From an uncultured archaeon (lineage in GTDB: Archaea > Iainarchaeota > Iainarchaeia > Iainarchaeales > CSSED10-239): 29,450 nt of DNA. The notes below the pieces were generated by a model. That model saw only the letters and a program-made list of their open reading frames with translations, ran no database searches and was not told where the DNA came from. This document shows, piece after piece, positions 1 to 9,006 of this stretch (position 1 is its first letter; every line of letters starts with the position of its first letter). The stretch covers positions 1-29,450 of the forward strand of contig CAZPGO010000026.1 of the NCBI GenBank assembly GCA_964586355.1, in the 5' to 3' direction. The position numbers and the translations under genes were made by a program.

Positions 1-419
1 AAAAAATTTCCTTTTGCTAAAGAAAGGTTATTTTGTTTAAACATATCTTCAAAATAATCTATATCATAAGAAGTAAAAGTAGTCATCACCACCTCATTAG
101 AAAACTTAGTTTCTAAATATCCTGTTAATGATCCACTTACAAACGAAATATCACTTACTTTTTTAATAGTTTTAATATCATCATCTGTAAGCCCAGTACT
201 AGTTCTTGTGCCACCAAAAGAAACATATTTTGAGGTGATTGTTATTTTATAAGCTCCAAGATTACTAAACTCCCTATCTATAGACTCTTTTAGACCTTCT
301 GACAAAGAAATTAAAGAAACAATAGCAAAAACACCTACAATAATTCCTGCAATAGTTAGCCAATTTCTTAATTTTCTTCTTCTAAGATTCCTTAGAACAA
401 AGGGCAATATATTAAACAT
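1..419 (-). CDS. ABC transporter permease, MacB/FtsX type (N-terminal part; gene runs off the window)
   Basis: The minus-strand frame is open from the ATG at 419 to the window edge. My translation is MFNILPFVLRNLRRRKLRNWLTIAGIIVGVFAIVSLISLSEGLKESIDREF... This shows a basic N-terminus, a first TM helix and the start of an extracytoplasmic domain, as in MacB/FtsX permeases. It starts 2 nt after the stop of the upstream ABC ATPase gene. Confidence 0.7.
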   Translation of the reverse strand, partial: MFNILPFVLRNLRRRKLRNWLTIAGIIVGVFAIVSLISLSEGLKESIDREFSNLGAYKITITSKYVSFGGTRTSTGLTDDDIKTIKKVSDISFVSGSLTGYLETKFSNEVVMTTFTSYDIDYFEDMFKQNNLSLAKGNF

Positions 420-421
420 AA

Positions 422-1144
422 TCACTCCTTTGTTTTATCCTCAATAATTTTTCCATCTTTTAAAAAAATGTTTCTTTTTGCAAATTTTGCAACATTTTTA
501 TCATGAGTAATAATTATTACTGTTTTTCCTTCTTTATTTAGATCAACTAAAAGATCCATAATCTCTTGACTAGATTTAGAATCAAGAGCACCAGTTGGTT
601 CATCAGCAAGAACAATTTCAGGACTATTTACTAAAGATCTTGCAATTGCTACTCTTTGCTGTTGACCACCAGATAACTCAGAAGGTTTATGACCGGTTCT
701 ATCTCCTAAACCAACTAAACTTAATAAAGCTTCACAATGTTTCTGTCTTTTATCTTCATCCATTTTCTCTTCTTGAAAAAGCATTGGAAGCATAACATTT
801 TCTATTGCTGTAAGTGTTGGAATAAGATTAAAATCCTGAAAAACAAAGCCAATCTTTTTACCTCTAATAACAGATAATTGATCTTCACTCAAAGTTGATA
901 GGTCTATATTATCAATAAATACTTTACCAGAAGTAGCAAGATCTAAGGCACCAATAATATGCATCATGGTTGATTTTCCAGAACCACTTGGACCCATAAT
1001 AGAAACAAATTCTCCTTTAGTGATCTTTAGGTCAGCACCGTTTAGAGCATTTACATTAACTTTGCCCATACTATAAATCTTATAGACATTTTTTAGTTCA
1101 ACAACAACTTTTTCCTCTTTTTTTTTAACCATGAATTCTTCCAT
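422..1144 (-). CDS. ABC transporter ATP-binding protein (MacB/LolD-like)
   Basis: Walker A GPSGSGKST, ABC signature LSGGQQQR, Walker B IVLADEPTGALD and H-loop IITHD are all present. It is tightly coupled to the downstream permease. An alternative ATG at 1132 (MVKKK...) is possible. Confidence 0.95.
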   Translation of the reverse strand: MEEFMVKKKEEKVVVELKNVYKIYSMGKVNVNALNGADLKITKGEFVSIMGPSGSGKSTMMHIIGALDLATSGKVFIDNIDLSTLSEDQLSVIRGKKIGFVFQDFNLIPTLTAIENVMLPMLFQEEKMDEDKRQKHCEALLSLVGLGDRTGHKPSELSGGQQQRVAIARSLVNSPEIVLADEPTGALDSKSSQEIMDLLVDLNKEGKTVIIITHDKNVAKFAKRNIFLKDGKIIEDKTKE

Positions 1145-1282
1145 TTTAAATATTAAAATATCTTATTAAAAATAGATCTTTACATATATTATAATATATA
1201 AAATACTTAATAAATAAATCATTTTTTAAAAATATATATTTTATAAAAAAACACATTAAAATTTCAAAAAAACAGAAAAATT

Positions 1283-2326
1283 ATGGTAGCAATATTAGAA
1301 CAGGTTTTTTTAGGTAATACTATATATCAATATTTATTTTTCTTTACCTATTTGATATTAGGAGTAATAGCCATTAAAGTCTTGTCCTGGTTATTTAATA
1401 CAATCTTTAAGCCATTAGAAGAAAAAATAAAAAAATTAGAAATTATTTTTAGTGTTTTAAGAAAACCGCAACCAATTTTACTAATTATTTTCCTTTCAAT
1501 AATTAGAGGGGCATTAACTGTTTTGTTTGTTAATCCAAAAATCTTAAATTTAATAGATAAATTGATCTTTGTTTTATATGTTTCATTTGGAGCTTGGTTT
1601 TTTGGAAAAGTGGTAATAATTTCTATAGAAAAATACTTGTTAAGATTTACAGACACCAAAAGAGAGCAAAAAAGATTTGAGGATATTTTACCTTTAATAA
1701 AGACATTAATAAAAGTATTAATTATTATTGTTGCTGTGCTTTTAATAATCTCAAACTTTGGATATAACGTTAGTGGACTGATCGCAGGACTTGGAATTGG
1801 TGGTATTGCAATAGCTTTTGCTTCTAGAGAACTTTTAGAGAACTTTTTTTCTGGGATTATTATTTTTACAGAAAAACAGTTTAAGGTTGGCGATATTGTT
1901 AGATCTGATCAGATTATTGGAGTAATAAAAGAAATAAACATAAGAACATCAAAAATAGAATCCTTTGATGGAACACTTTATATTGTTCCAAACAGTAAGC
2001 TTTCTCAAGGAATTGTTGAAAACATTTCTAAAAGAAAAGCTAGAAGAGTAGTAGAATATTTATCTTTATCACATGATAATTCTTTAGAAAATATAGAAAA
2101 TGCAAAAACAATTATAAAAAAACTATTAATAGATCATCCAAAGATTGATGCAAAAGAATCATTTGTAATTTTTGATAAGTTTAATACTCAGACTATAGAT
2201 CTTTATTTTGATTATACCATAAAAGAAAAAGATTGGAGTAATTTTTTAGAAATAAAAGATCAGTTGCATGGAAATATTAAAAAAGAACTAGATAAAGAAA
2301 AAATAAAATTTGTAATATTTAAATAA
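1283..2326 (+). CDS. Mechanosensitive ion channel, MscS family
   Basis: N-terminal TM helices are followed by the MscS pore-helix/beta-domain signature GIGGIAIAFASRELLENFFSGIIIFTEKQFKVGDIV...GVIKEINIRTSKIESFDGTLYIVPNSKL. Confidence 0.85.
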   Translation: MVAILEQVFLGNTIYQYLFFFTYLILGVIAIKVLSWLFNTIFKPLEEKIKKLEIIFSVLRKPQPILLIIFLSIIRGALTVLFVNPKILNLIDKLIFVLYVSFGAWFFGKVVIISIEKYLLRFTDTKREQKRFEDILPLIKTLIKVLIIIVAVLLIISNFGYNVSGLIAGLGIGGIAIAFASRELLENFFSGIIIFTEKQFKVGDIVRSDQIIGVIKEINIRTSKIESFDGTLYIVPNSKLSQGIVENISKRKARRVVEYLSLSHDNSLENIENAKTIIKKLLIDHPKIDAKESFVIFDKFNTQTIDLYFDYTIKEKDWSNFLEIKDQLHGNIKKELDKEKIKFVIFK

Positions 2327-2336
2327 CAGATAAAAT

Positions 2337-2963
2337 ATGAAAATAGATGCTCCTGAAAATAACTATGAAGATCCTAATGATTTCTATACTTTAGAAGAAT
2401 CTAAAAGATACGATAATAATTCAGGAATGAAAAAAACACAAACAATATTAACAAATGATTGCTTAGAGATCTATTACTCTAAAAGAAAAAACTCTAAAAA
2501 AACAGAAATACTTGATGTTGGGTGTGGAACTGGTTTTAGTATTGAGTATTTAAAAAATTTAGGATATTATAATGTAGTAGGAATAGAGCCTAGTCAAGAA
2601 ATGCTAAAATATTGTAAAGAAAAAAAGTTTTTTGCTTATCTTGGGGGTTTTGAGGATCTATTAAAAATAAAAGAAATAGAAAATAAAACTTTTGATCTTA
2701 TACTCTCAATTTCAGCACTTCAATGGGTTATTGCAAATAAGCAAGAAATGGAAATAAAAAACATTATTAAAAAAATAGGAAAAGCCCTTTTGTTAAAACT
2801 AAAAGAAAAAGGGATTGTAGTTATTCAGTTTTATCCAAGATCAGAAAACATATTTGAAATAGTTAAAAATTCATTTAGTAGAGCAGGTTTTAAGGTTAGT
2901 GAATATATTAAAAATTTAGGAAATTCTAAGAAACAAAAGTATTTTATAATCTTAGAAAAATAA
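2337..2963 (+). CDS. Class I SAM-dependent methyltransferase, Bud23/WBSCR22-like (candidate SSU rRNA m7G methyltransferase)
   Basis: SAM motif I is ILDVGCGTGFS. The N-terminal segment PNDFYTLEESKRYDNNSGMKKTQ, plus ISISALQW, IQFYP and a C-terminal SKKQKYFIIL, match the layout I recall for yeast Bud23 (PPEIFY..EA.KY, ISISAIQW, QFYP, KKNKKYYLVL). Confidence 0.75.
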   Translation: MKIDAPENNYEDPNDFYTLEESKRYDNNSGMKKTQTILTNDCLEIYYSKRKNSKKTEILDVGCGTGFSIEYLKNLGYYNVVGIEPSQEMLKYCKEKKFFAYLGGFEDLLKIKEIENKTFDLILSISALQWVIANKQEMEIKNIIKKIGKALLLKLKEKGIVVIQFYPRSENIFEIVKNSFSRAGFKVSEYIKNLGNSKKQKYFIILEK

Positions 2964-3009
2964 AATAGGTATTAAAAGTATAAAATAAAAATGTAAATTA
3001 AGAAAAATT

Positions 3010-3963
3010 ATGAAAAAAACAATAATTATTTTAGGAATTTTAATATTATCTTTGTTCTCTTTATCAGCTCAAGAAGAAATATTAAATAATGAAACTATAA
3101 ATATTAAAGTATCCTCTCCAATTTCCTTAAGTCTAAATAAAGACTTTAATGTTACTCCTGACACCATAATTGTAAGAAAAGAAAATGATCTTCAAATTAT
3201 TGCTGGTCAAACAATTATTTCAAAATATGAATATGAAAATAAACTAGATTATGCTGTGGTTATAAAACAAGAACTTAACCTTAATATTGAAACAAATAAC
3301 AATAGTATAGCAACATATTTGGCTCAGGAGTTAGAAACAGAAGAATGTTTAGAAAAAAATGGTTCTTTATTAAAATATAATGATCAAAGAATAACAGTTT
3401 TTAATAAAAAAGAACAAAAACACTTGTGTTTTTTAGAAAAGAAAAACGATTTTTATTTTTTTGAGGGTAAATTAGTTTTGGAGTTAGAAATCAACCCAGG
3501 AAAAACAACTAAATATCTTTTAATAGTAACCACTCCACAATTAGCTTTTGATCTTAATGATAACACCTTAGTTTTTGAAGATCAGATCTCTATAGACTCT
3601 AAACAAAATCAAAGACTATTTGATGCAAATTATCAAGGAGTTGGTCTTGAAGAATTTGGTCCAATTACTACTAGTGATGAAAATAACTCTCTTTTAGGTA
3701 ATCTTAGAGACATCTACAATAATCAAGCAAGAAGAAATCTTAATAATAATTATTCAAAGACAGATACTGAGATAAATACTGCTCTAAATAAATCACAAAC
3801 AGAACCTGCTGGAAATACTTTAAAAAATAAAATGAGTGGTCTTGTTACTTTTAGTGCTTCCAAAAACACCAAATTTATTATTATTTTGATTTTATTAGTT
3901 TTGGTTGGTTATATATATTATAAAAGAAAGAAAAAGAATAATTTTTTAAAACAACGATTATAA
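3010..3963 (+). CDS. Hypothetical secreted / C-terminally membrane-anchored surface protein
   Basis: It has an N-terminal signal-like segment MKKTIIILGILILSLFSLSAQ and a C-terminal hydrophobic helix FIIILILLVLVGYIYY followed by KRKKKNN. No recognisable catalytic motif is present. Confidence 0.6.
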   Translation: MKKTIIILGILILSLFSLSAQEEILNNETINIKVSSPISLSLNKDFNVTPDTIIVRKENDLQIIAGQTIISKYEYENKLDYAVVIKQELNLNIETNNNSIATYLAQELETEECLEKNGSLLKYNDQRITVFNKKEQKHLCFLEKKNDFYFFEGKLVLELEINPGKTTKYLLIVTTPQLAFDLNDNTLVFEDQISIDSKQNQRLFDANYQGVGLEEFGPITTSDENNSLLGNLRDIYNNQARRNLNNNYSKTDTEINTALNKSQTEPAGNTLKNKMSGLVTFSASKNTKFIIILILLVLVGYIYYKRKKKNNFLKQRL

Positions 3964-3964
3964 G

Positions 3965-4585
3965 ATGTTCAAAAAAATAACCCTTTTTAGAAGAAAAAAT
4001 AAAAAAGCAAATGTAATTTACCCAGAAAAATCTTTTGCAAAAAAGTTATCTTCTTTTAATAACCTAGAAAAAGAAATAGGATTAATAAAAATTGGATCAA
4101 AAGTAATTGATATTTCAGGAAAAAGAGGTAAAAAAAGTGTTGCCGTGGATTTAAAACTCTTAGATTCTCTAGCAAAAACAAATGACCTAAAAAAAGCAAC
4201 ATTTATACACACACATATTTTGGGAAAAATAAAATCCCCAAAATCAGCAAATCTTTCTGCTATGGATTTTTCTTGTTTTGTTAATTATTGTAAAAAATAT
4301 GGCCTATCTAATTTTGAAGTATCTATTCTTGGAACAAATTCCTTAGAAATGGGAAGAATACAGATTATGTTTTCATCAAGATTTGTAGAAGAGTTAAATA
4401 AAAAAACACAAAAAGAAATAAATGCTTGGTTATCTTCAATTGTTTTTAGACATCAAATGAATTTTTCAAAAACATCAATAATTTCAGAGTTAAGAAATAT
4501 TGGATCTATTATTAAATATGTTTCTTTAAATGGTTATAAATTAGAAGAAATAAAAGGAACACCTTATATCTCAAAAACAAAATAA
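3965..4585 (+). CDS. Hypothetical protein (possible very divergent JAB/MPN-like fold; unproven)
   Basis: This 206-aa ORF starts 1 nt after the preceding stop. It contains E-x-x-G (EKEIGLI) about 50 aa before HTH...SAMD. That resembles a JAMM motif but with non-canonical spacing. Confidence 0.5.
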   Translation: MFKKITLFRRKNKKANVIYPEKSFAKKLSSFNNLEKEIGLIKIGSKVIDISGKRGKKSVAVDLKLLDSLAKTNDLKKATFIHTHILGKIKSPKSANLSAMDFSCFVNYCKKYGLSNFEVSILGTNSLEMGRIQIMFSSRFVEELNKKTQKEINAWLSSIVFRHQMNFSKTSIISELRNIGSIIKYVSLNGYKLEEIKGTPYISKTK

Positions 4586-4597
4586 AACAAACCGATT

Positions 4598-4605
4598 TTT
4601 ATATA
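4598..4605 (+). promoter_or_regulatory. Candidate archaeal TATA box for leuS
   Basis: The sequence tttatata ends 35 nt upstream of the leuS ATG, which is consistent with a short 5' UTR. The background is AT-rich, so specificity is low. Confidence 0.3.
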
Positions 4606-4639
4606 TTTTTACTCTATTATATTTTAAAAGTGAAAGAAA

Positions 4640-7513
4640 ATGAGCAATTATAATTTTAGTGAAATAGAAAAAAAATGGCAAAAAATATGGGATCTAGAAA
4701 AAATAGGTGTTGCTTCTAGAGATCCTAATAAAAAAAAATATTTTATAATCTGGGCATACTTAACAGTATCAGGATTTCATCATGTGGGCCATATGAGAGG
4801 ATTTTCATATGCTGATGCTATTTCTAGATATAAAAGAATGCAAGGATATAATGTTTTGTTACCAGCTGGAGGACATGCATCAGGAAATGCAGCTGTTGCT
4901 AAAGCTAAAAAAGTTTCTGAAAATCATAAAGAAACTATTGAATATTATAGAGAAATGGGCTTGACAGATGAAGATCTTAACCAAATATCAACTCCAGAAG
5001 GATTTGTTGACTTTTTTTCAAAAAAATATATTAATGATTATAAAGAATATGGGTTTATTGGTGATTGGCAAAGATTTACAGTAACTACAAACCAAGATTA
5101 TAATAAATTTATTGAATGGCAATTTAAAAAACTAAAAGAAAAAGAACTATTGATACAAAAACCCTATTATGCAACAGTCTGTGTAAACTGTGGACCAGTT
5201 GCAGTAGACCCTTCAGAGATGGATTTATCTAAAGGAGGAACTGCTGAGAAAAATGAATATACTTTAATAAAATTACAATATCAAGAACCAAAACAGTATA
5301 TAGTAGTAGCAACCCTAAGACCAGAAACCATGTTTGGACAAACAAATATATGGTTAGATTATGATGTGACTTATGTAAAAATAAAAGTAAATAATGAAAT
5401 TTGGATTGCAAGTAAAGAATTTGCCGAAAAAATAAAATATCAAAAAGAAAACACACAAATTGTTGGACAGATAAATGGAAAAGACCTTGTTGGTAAATAC
5501 TGTTTAGCCCCTGCAATCAACAGAGAAATAATAATATTACCTTCTTCTTTTTGTGATCCTGCTATTGGGACAGGCATAGTTACCTCTGTTCCTTCTGATG
5601 CTCCTGCTGACTGGATTGGGTTATATGATTTGCAGAGATCTCCTAATGACTGTAATAAATATGGATTAGATTATGAAATTATAAAAGAAATAAAACCAAT
5701 TCCAATAATACAATCAAAAGACTTTGGAAAATTTCCAGCAATTGAGATCTGTAAAAAACTAAATATTAATTCTCAAAAGGATATAGAAAAACTAGAAAGT
5801 GCAAAAAAAGAAGTTTATAAAAAAGGTTTTCATACTGGAGTTATGCTTGAAAACTGTGGTAAATACTCAGGAATGAAAGTAGAAGATGCCAAAAACTTAA
5901 TGAAAGAGGATCTAATTAAAGAAAATCACGCGGATATTTTTTATGATCTCTCAGAAGAAGTAATCTGTAGATGTGGATCAAAAGTTTTAATAAAAAAAGT
6001 AGATGATCAGTGGTTTATTGATTATTCTAATGAAAAACTAACAAATGATACTATAGAACATGTAAAAACCATGAATATACTGCCAGAAACATTTAAAACA
6101 AATTTACCACAAATACTAAATTGGTTTGATGCTAGAGCATGTGCTAGACAAGGAACATGGCTTGGGACAAAGTTGCCTTTTGATTCTTCTTACACTATTG
6201 AGCCAATCTCAGATAGTACTCTTTATCCTATTTATTATTTAATTAGTCTATATGTAAACAACGGACAAATAAAAGCAGAACAGCTAACAGAAGAATTTTT
6301 TGACTATGTTTTTTTGAATAAAGGAGAGAGTAAAAAAATTTCTAAAGAAACAAACATAGATCTTAACCTTTTAGAAGAAATTAAAAAAGATGTAGAATAT
6401 TGGTACCCTTTAGATATTAATCTTGGAGGAAAAGAACATCAAACAGTTCATTTTCCAGTATTTTTAATGAATCATATTGGAATACTTCCAGAAAAATATC
6501 ATCCACAAGGAATTTTTGTGAATTGGTGGGTTGTTGCCAAATCAGGAAAGATCTCTAAATCAAAAGGCGGTGTTAAAAGTATTGCTGACGAAGCAAAGAG
6601 ATACTCAGTTGATGCTATTAGACTATTTTATGCAAATATTGCAAACCCTTTTGTAGATATTAGTTTTGAAGAAGAGGATCTTAAAAACTATAAACTAAGA
6701 ATAGATAAAATATATTCATTTATTGAAGAAACCATTAATGATAAAGAACTAATAGAAAAAGACCCTGAAAAAATAGATAGTTGGTTGATCTCTCAATTTA
6801 ATATAAGACTAGAAAAAATAATAAGTTCAATGGATAAAATAGAATTTAAGAATGCAACAGACGAGATCTATTTTAATTTCTATAATGATTTACTTTGGTA
6901 TAGAAATAGAAATGGAAAAAACAAAAAAGTTTTAATAAAATTAATAACAGAATGGATAAAGAGTATGGGACTTTTTACCCCACATCTAAGTGAAGAACTA
7001 AATCAAATGATTGGTAATCGGTATATTATTGCAAAAACAGAATTTCCAAAAGTAGACTTAAGTAAAATAAATTTAGATCTTGATAAGGATGAACAGACCA
7101 TAGAAAAAACAACCTCAGATATTAGAAATGTTATTAAGATGGCAAATGTTATAAACCCTAAAAAAATTACATTATTTATTTCAAAGAAATGGATCTATGA
7201 TCTTTATAAAGAACTAAAAGAAGAAATAGTTGTAAAAGAAAATAGAAATATTAAAGAACTTATGAGTAAGTTTTTAGAAAAACACTCAGAAAATAAACAA
7301 ATGGTAAGTAAAATAATTACTTGGGCAATAAAGACTCCAGCAATTTTAGAAGATATTAAAGATCAAGAATCAGAGTATAATTTCTATAAAGAAATAAAAG
7401 AGTTTTTAGAAAAGAATTTAGAAGTAGATCTAGAAATTATCTTGGCAGAAGAAAGTTCTGACCCTAAATCCAAACAAGCACTTCCTAAAAAAGTTGGAAT
7501 ATTAATAGAATAA
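4640..7513 (+). CDS. leuS: Leucine--tRNA ligase, archaeal type
   Basis: The 957-aa protein starts IEKKWQKIWD. It has a HIGH-region variant GFHHVGHMRG, a KMSKS-type loop GKISKSKGG, and the large insertion/editing region and C-terminal extension typical of archaeal LeuRS. Confidence 0.95.
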   Translation: MSNYNFSEIEKKWQKIWDLEKIGVASRDPNKKKYFIIWAYLTVSGFHHVGHMRGFSYADAISRYKRMQGYNVLLPAGGHASGNAAVAKAKKVSENHKETIEYYREMGLTDEDLNQISTPEGFVDFFSKKYINDYKEYGFIGDWQRFTVTTNQDYNKFIEWQFKKLKEKELLIQKPYYATVCVNCGPVAVDPSEMDLSKGGTAEKNEYTLIKLQYQEPKQYIVVATLRPETMFGQTNIWLDYDVTYVKIKVNNEIWIASKEFAEKIKYQKENTQIVGQINGKDLVGKYCLAPAINREIIILPSSFCDPAIGTGIVTSVPSDAPADWIGLYDLQRSPNDCNKYGLDYEIIKEIKPIPIIQSKDFGKFPAIEICKKLNINSQKDIEKLESAKKEVYKKGFHTGVMLENCGKYSGMKVEDAKNLMKEDLIKENHADIFYDLSEEVICRCGSKVLIKKVDDQWFIDYSNEKLTNDTIEHVKTMNILPETFKTNLPQILNWFDARACARQGTWLGTKLPFDSSYTIEPISDSTLYPIYYLISLYVNNGQIKAEQLTEEFFDYVFLNKGESKKISKETNIDLNLLEEIKKDVEYWYPLDINLGGKEHQTVHFPVFLMNHIGILPEKYHPQGIFVNWWVVAKSGKISKSKGGVKSIADEAKRYSVDAIRLFYANIANPFVDISFEEEDLKNYKLRIDKIYSFIEETINDKELIEKDPEKIDSWLISQFNIRLEKIISSMDKIEFKNATDEIYFNFYNDLLWYRNRNGKNKKVLIKLITEWIKSMGLFTPHLSEELNQMIGNRYIIAKTEFPKVDLSKINLDLDKDEQTIEKTTSDIRNVIKMANVINPKKITLFISKKWIYDLYKELKEEIVVKENRNIKELMSKFLEKHSENKQMVSKIITWAIKTPAILEDIKDQESEYNFYKEIKEFLEKNLEVDLEIILAEESSDPKSKQALPKKVGILIE

Positions 7514-7516
7514 ATT

Positions 7517-9001
7517 TTATTTTATTAATATTTTCTTAATCTCTAAAAAACCAGTAAACTCATTTTCCATAATCTTTTTAGATTCTAGAATTTTTATAGA
7601 TCTTTTAAACATAGGAGAATCAATAACAACAGTCTCATATTCTCCACCCTCTCCAGCAATATTAAAACCATATTTTTTGTTTAGTTTTTTAAAATCTATA
7701 AGATCTTCTTTAGAAACAACTTTTCCAAGATACTCTTGATCTAACCCTAATGCTGCAATTTTACAGATCATAAACTTAAAATTATTATTTAATAATAGCT
7801 CAATTTCCTTTTCTTGATCCATTTGCCACAAAGGAGCAATCAATTCTACTTGTAATTTGTTACAGATAGTTAAAACCCTTTCTCTTTGATAATTACTAAA
7901 AAGAGCACCACAGACTATTCCTGTTATTTTATATTTATTAATAGTTTTTTTTATTAGTAGTTCTAGATCATCTAACTCCTCTTCCTTTACAGAATTAGAG
8001 TTTTTTGTAAGTAGCGGTAGATTCAAACACTCCGCTTGAGCATTTAATAAATTCAGCTCAGGTTTTTGATACATATATGAGTCATTAGAACTAGGGATAA
8101 TAGATAACAAACAGGAAAAATTATATTTATTTTTTACTAAAAACATAGAAAGATTACTATCCTTACCACCAGAAAAAAGAACACCAACATTTTTTTTTAA
8201 AAAAGAGTTTAAATACTCTGTTTTTGTTTTAAATTTATTTTCTTTAGCTAACTTTTCAATAACCCTATCAGAATTACTACCATATTGACAAGCAACTTTT
8301 TTTCTTTCACTAATTTCTGAACAGAGACCAAGATCTTTACCAATCTCTCTTATTATTATTTTATTTTGTGTTTTAGAAAGCAAATATTTTGAATCAATAG
8401 TTAAAGAATAATTTATTAGATCTTTATCTAAATATGGACAAACAATAGAAAGATTAAAAAAACTAGCAATAGCTTGATCTCTATCTAAGTTGTCCTTTTG
8501 AAGATTTTCTAAGCATTTTTTTGTTTCTTCTTTAATATCTTTACTTAATCTAAACTTGTGATAACCAGCAAACAACTCATCACTTCCAAGACCAGAAAAA
8601 AGAACATCTGTATTTTTGCTTTTTGCTTTTTTTGCACAAAGATATACTGGTATTGCAACCCCCATATTTATGGGGTTTGTGGAGTTAGTAACATCTATTA
8701 TATCTTTAATAATTACAGGTAATTCTTTTTTCTCACAAGAAATAATATTTAGATTTAAATTTAGATCCTTTGCTAGCTTTTTTGCAAAATAAAGATCTTT
8801 TGGGTCGTTTATATCTTTTACATATGCAAAAAAACAATCAAATTTTATTTTGTTTTTCTTAAGAATAATTGCTAACAAAGCAGAATCAACACCACCACTT
8901 AGTAACAAACCATATTTTTTAGATCTATTTTCTGTTAATTTCAGTATAGATCTTTCTAATAAATTTAACAATTCTTCTTTTGATTTATTCATTGACACCA
9001 T
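7517..9001 (-). CDS. Fusion of two PP-loop ATP-pyrophosphatase domains: asparagine-synthetase-like adenylating domain (no glutaminase domain) + Dph6/MJ0570-like diphthine-ammonia-ligase domain
   Basis: The N-terminal half has LLLSGGVDSALLA and SGLGSDELFAGY, which are AsnB C-domain motifs. The C-terminal half has VLFSGGKDSN and AGEGGEYETVV, which are MJ0570/Dph6-type motifs. The start is ambiguous: GTG at 9010 (overlapping the U32 stop as GTGA), ATG at 9001 or ATG at 8992. Confidence 0.8.
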   Translation of the reverse strand: MVSMNKSKEELLNLLERSILKLTENRSKKYGLLLSGGVDSALLAIILKKNKIKFDCFFAYVKDINDPKDLYFAKKLAKDLNLNLNIISCEKKELPVIIKDIIDVTNSTNPINMGVAIPVYLCAKKAKSKNTDVLFSGLGSDELFAGYHKFRLSKDIKEETKKCLENLQKDNLDRDQAIASFFNLSIVCPYLDKDLINYSLTIDSKYLLSKTQNKIIIREIGKDLGLCSEISERKKVACQYGSNSDRVIEKLAKENKFKTKTEYLNSFLKKNVGVLFSGGKDSNLSMFLVKNKYNFSCLLSIIPSSNDSYMYQKPELNLLNAQAECLNLPLLTKNSNSVKEEELDDLELLIKKTINKYKITGIVCGALFSNYQRERVLTICNKLQVELIAPLWQMDQEKEIELLLNNNFKFMICKIAALGLDQEYLGKVVSKEDLIDFKKLNKKYGFNIAGEGGEYETVVIDSPMFKRSIKILESKKIMENEFTGFLEIKKILIK

Positions 9002-9006
9002 AAAAA

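Noticed and set aside
595-795. Antisense or alternative-frame ORFs nested in longer genes. The full list is 595-795, 1348-1659, 4018-4212, 5229-5516, 11791-11985, 14780-15004, 14877-15059, 20187-20441, 20899-21096, 21319-21654, 23587-23883, 24551-24742, 25103-25456, 27138-27449 and 28052-28429.
   Set aside because: Each lies entirely or mostly inside a longer ORF that has clear family motifs or better coding character. Their translations are low-complexity (F/L/I/S/K-rich), as expected for shadow frames in AT-rich DNA.
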